From: Terriglobia bacterium
Lineage (GTDB): Bacteria > Acidobacteriota > Terriglobia > 20CM-2-55-15
Length of the DNA stretch: 64,000 nt
Reading direction: 5' to 3'
Assembly (NCBI GenBank): GCA_965218585.1
Contig: CBDCLE010000002.1
Span: 128,001-192,000, forward strand
Both the position numbers and the translations under genes were made by a program. The notes under the pieces are model-generated. The model was not told where the DNA came from. It did not search any database and was given only the letters and a program-made list of their open reading frames with translations. Below are positions 61,817 to 64,000 of the stretch, in pieces; the stretch's first letter is position 1; the number at the start of each line of letters is the position of its first letter.

Positions 61817-63622
61817 CTACCCGATATGGAGGAGGGCTTCGCCAACCTTAACCGCATCGCCTTCCTTGACGGCTATGGAAACGATCGTCCCTGCCCGGTC
61901 GGCACGGACCTCAGTCTCCATCTTCATGGCTTCAAGAACGACAACCACCTCGCCGTCATCCACTGCCTGACCTCCCTGGCAGCATATTCGTACAACTGTT
62001 CCCGCCAGAGGTGACCCCAATGGCGTTCCCCCGCCTGAAGGCTGGGCGGGCTGAACCGCTGCATCCCGAAGAGGTGGGGCTGCGGGCGCGGCCCCGGCCG
62101 TCCTCATGGAAGTAAGAGTTCCTTCCGGAGTCACATCAACTTCATATTCTTTTCCGCTAACAACGACCCGGTACCGCGTGGGTACGCTTGCGGCAGCGGG
62201 AGAAGCTGGCTTTGGGTCGGGAGCTTCCTCCTCCAGCCACGGTGGTGGCTCGAATGCATCCGGCTTGTCCCGGTTCTTGAGGAAGCGTAAACCGATCTGA
62301 GGAAACAGCGCGTAGACCAGCACGTCTTCGACGGGGTTGTCTGCGCGGCGCATGTCGTGCTGCTGGGCAAACCCCTCCAGTTCCACAGACAGGCGCTCCA
62401 TTTCGGGCTCGAGAAGGTCGGCTGGACGACAAGTCACCGGTTCGGCGCCGTTCAATACCCTTTTCTGTAACGCCTCGTCCACTTTCGCAGGTGTCCGTCC
62501 GTATTCTCCCTTGAGCACGCCGGCCGTCTCTTTAGTAATCGTCTTGTAGCGTTCTCCGGTCAATACGTTCACGATCGACTGAGTACCAACGATCTGCGAC
62601 GTAGGGGTCACTAAAGGAATGAATCCGAGTTCTTTACGAACCCGCGGCATTTCTTCGAGGACTTCATCGATCCGTTCTGTCGCATTCTGCTCCCGTAGTT
62701 GGTTTTCCATGTTAGTCAGCATGCCGCCCGGCACCTGGGCAACGAGGATCCGGGAATCGATTCCGCGAAGGGAGCCCTCGAACTTGGCATATTTCTTGCG
62801 AACTTCCCGGAAATAGCCGGCGATGTTTTCGAGAAGGTTGAGATCCAAACCCGTGTCCCGGTCCGTTCCCTCGAGTATGGCTACGATCGATTCCGTCGCC
62901 GAATGTCCGTACGTGTGACTCATCGAAGAAATAGATGCGTCGACCATGTCCAGACCGGCTTCGACGGCTTTGACTATGGTTGAGGTACTCATTCCCGTCG
63001 TGGCATGGGACTGCATGGCGATGGGCACCGACACCGCTTCCTTCAAACGTGAAACCATCTCCTCAGCCACGTACGGTCGCAACAGGCCCGCCATATCCTT
63101 GATGCAGACCGACTGGCATCCCATGTCTTCGAGACGTTTGCCCATCTCAACCCACATGTCCATCGTGTGGACCGGGCTGATCGTATAGGCGATCGTCCCC
63201 TGAGCATGTTTCCCGGTTTTTAGTGTGGCTCGTGTGGCAGTCTCAAGATTGCGGATATCGTTCATCGCATCGAAGATGCGAAAGACGTCCATTCCGTTTT
63301 CGGCCGCAGAGTTGACGAACGCTTCGACGACGTCGTCGGCATAGTGCCGATACCCGAGAAGGTTCTGCCCCCGGAGCAGCATTTGCATCCGGGTGTTCGG
63401 CATGGCTTTCCGGATCTCGCGCAATCGTTCCCAGGGGTCTTCTCCCAGGAAACGAATGCAAGCATCAAAAGTAGCCCCACCCCAGATCTCCGCCGACCAG
63501 AGTCCGACCTGGTCCAGACGGTCACAAACCGGGAGCATGTCTTCGATCCGCATGCGGGTGGCCAACAGGGACTGATGACCGTCCCTCAACACCAATTCTG
63601 TAATATCTAAAGGCTTCTTCAT
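61817..63622 (-). CDS. oadA: Oxaloacetate decarboxylase alpha subunit
   Basis: [19 protein letters not shown], biotinyl EAMKM. Confidence 0.97.
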   Translation of the reverse strand: MKKPLDITELVLRDGHQSLLATRMRIEDMLPVCDRLDQVGLWSAEIWGGATFDACIRFLGEDPWERLREIRKAMPNTRMQMLLRGQNLLGYRHYADDVVEAFVNSAAENGMDVFRIFDAMNDIRNLETATRATLKTGKHAQGTIAYTISPVHTMDMWVEMGKRLEDMGCQSVCIKDMAGLLRPYVAEEMVSRLKEAVSVPIAMQSHATTGMSTSTIVKAVEAGLDMVDASISSMSHTYGHSATESIVAILEGTDRDTGLDLNLLENIAGYFREVRKKYAKFEGSLRGIDSRILVAQVPGGMLTNMENQLREQNATERIDEVLEEMPRVRKELGFIPLVTPTSQIVGTQSIVNVLTGERYKTITKETAGVLKGEYGRTPAKVDEALQKRVLNGAEPVTCRPADLLEPEMERLSVELEGFAQQHDMRRADNPVEDVLVYALFPQIGLRFLKNRDKPDAFEPPPWLEEEAPDPKPASPAAASVPTRYRVVVSGKEYEVDVTPEGTLTSMRTAGAAPAAPPLRDAAVQPAQPSGGGTPLGSPLAGTVVRICCQGGQAVDDGEVVVVLEAMKMETEVRADRAGTIVSIAVKEGDAVKVGEALLHIG

Positions 63623-63629
63623 CCTTCAG

Positions 63630-63884
63630 CTACTTCGTTCCCGCTCCCCGGTTTGCCTGAATAGCCGCGGTTACGGCAGCGATCAACTCCGGATCATCAA
63701 CCTCGGCCCAAGCGCTTCCACCCGAAGCATCGTCGGAAACGTCGGGCGGGGGGGATCGATCCAGAGTTGCGGCCAGACGGGACATCAACTTGAGTGCCAG
63801 CACCAACAGGCCCAGAAGGGCAAAGACGACGCCCATTCCGAGCAGCATCAACTGAACGCCCTCTTGTAACAGCTCTACCGGCAA
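63630..63884 (-). CDS. oadG: Oxaloacetate decarboxylase gamma subunit
   Basis: GMGVVF TM helix and LIAAVTAAI. Confidence 0.93.
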   Translation of the reverse strand: MPVELLQEGVQLMLLGMGVVFALLGLLVLALKLMSRLAATLDRSPPPDVSDDASGGSAWAEVDDPELIAAVTAAIQANRGAGTK

Positions 63885-64000
63885 TGATAGTTCCTAAGTG
63901 ACACCCGATTCCCTCTTGCATTCAACAGGACGCACGTCCGTTTCCTCATATCCAACTCATTGTATGAGTACACTTTCGAGGCTGTCAGGAAGGCACAATA

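Overview
A 64-kb bacterial chromosomal segment, most likely from a marine or host-associated Acidobacteriota member. This is inferred from gene families (acidobacterial VWA protein, several ECF sigma/zf-HC2 anti-sigma/DUF4097 modules, DUF6526, Na+-pumping oxaloacetate decarboxylase oadGAB). It mixes housekeeping genes (proC, 5'-3' exonuclease, bfr, oadGAB, pepN) with an accessory region under heavy insertion-sequence attack: four near-identical IS256 copies or fragments, IS1380, IS3, a 3.4-kb IS1595 element carrying passenger genes, and two CTAG-flanked MITEs. About 14 genes are disrupted. Highlights hidden from the ORF track: (1) a full-length deiodinase-like selenoprotein (FGSYT-U-PPF, in-frame UGA plus a SECIS-like hairpin) at 53442-54071; (2) an IS1595 transporter element carrying a secreted M48 metallopeptidase; (3) a decayed ECF sigma / zf-HC2-TPR anti-sigma / sensor-less kinase / Tat-exported protein / TPR(-CHAT-like) signalling locus in which three genes were knocked out independently; (4) a frameshift that coincides with a perfect 38-bp palindrome over the catalytic YSN motif of a serine hydrolase; (5) an unannotated 46-aa Zn-finger microprotein. 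No rRNA, tRNA or CRISPR array was seen. All family assignments come from motif recognition by eye, not database searches.
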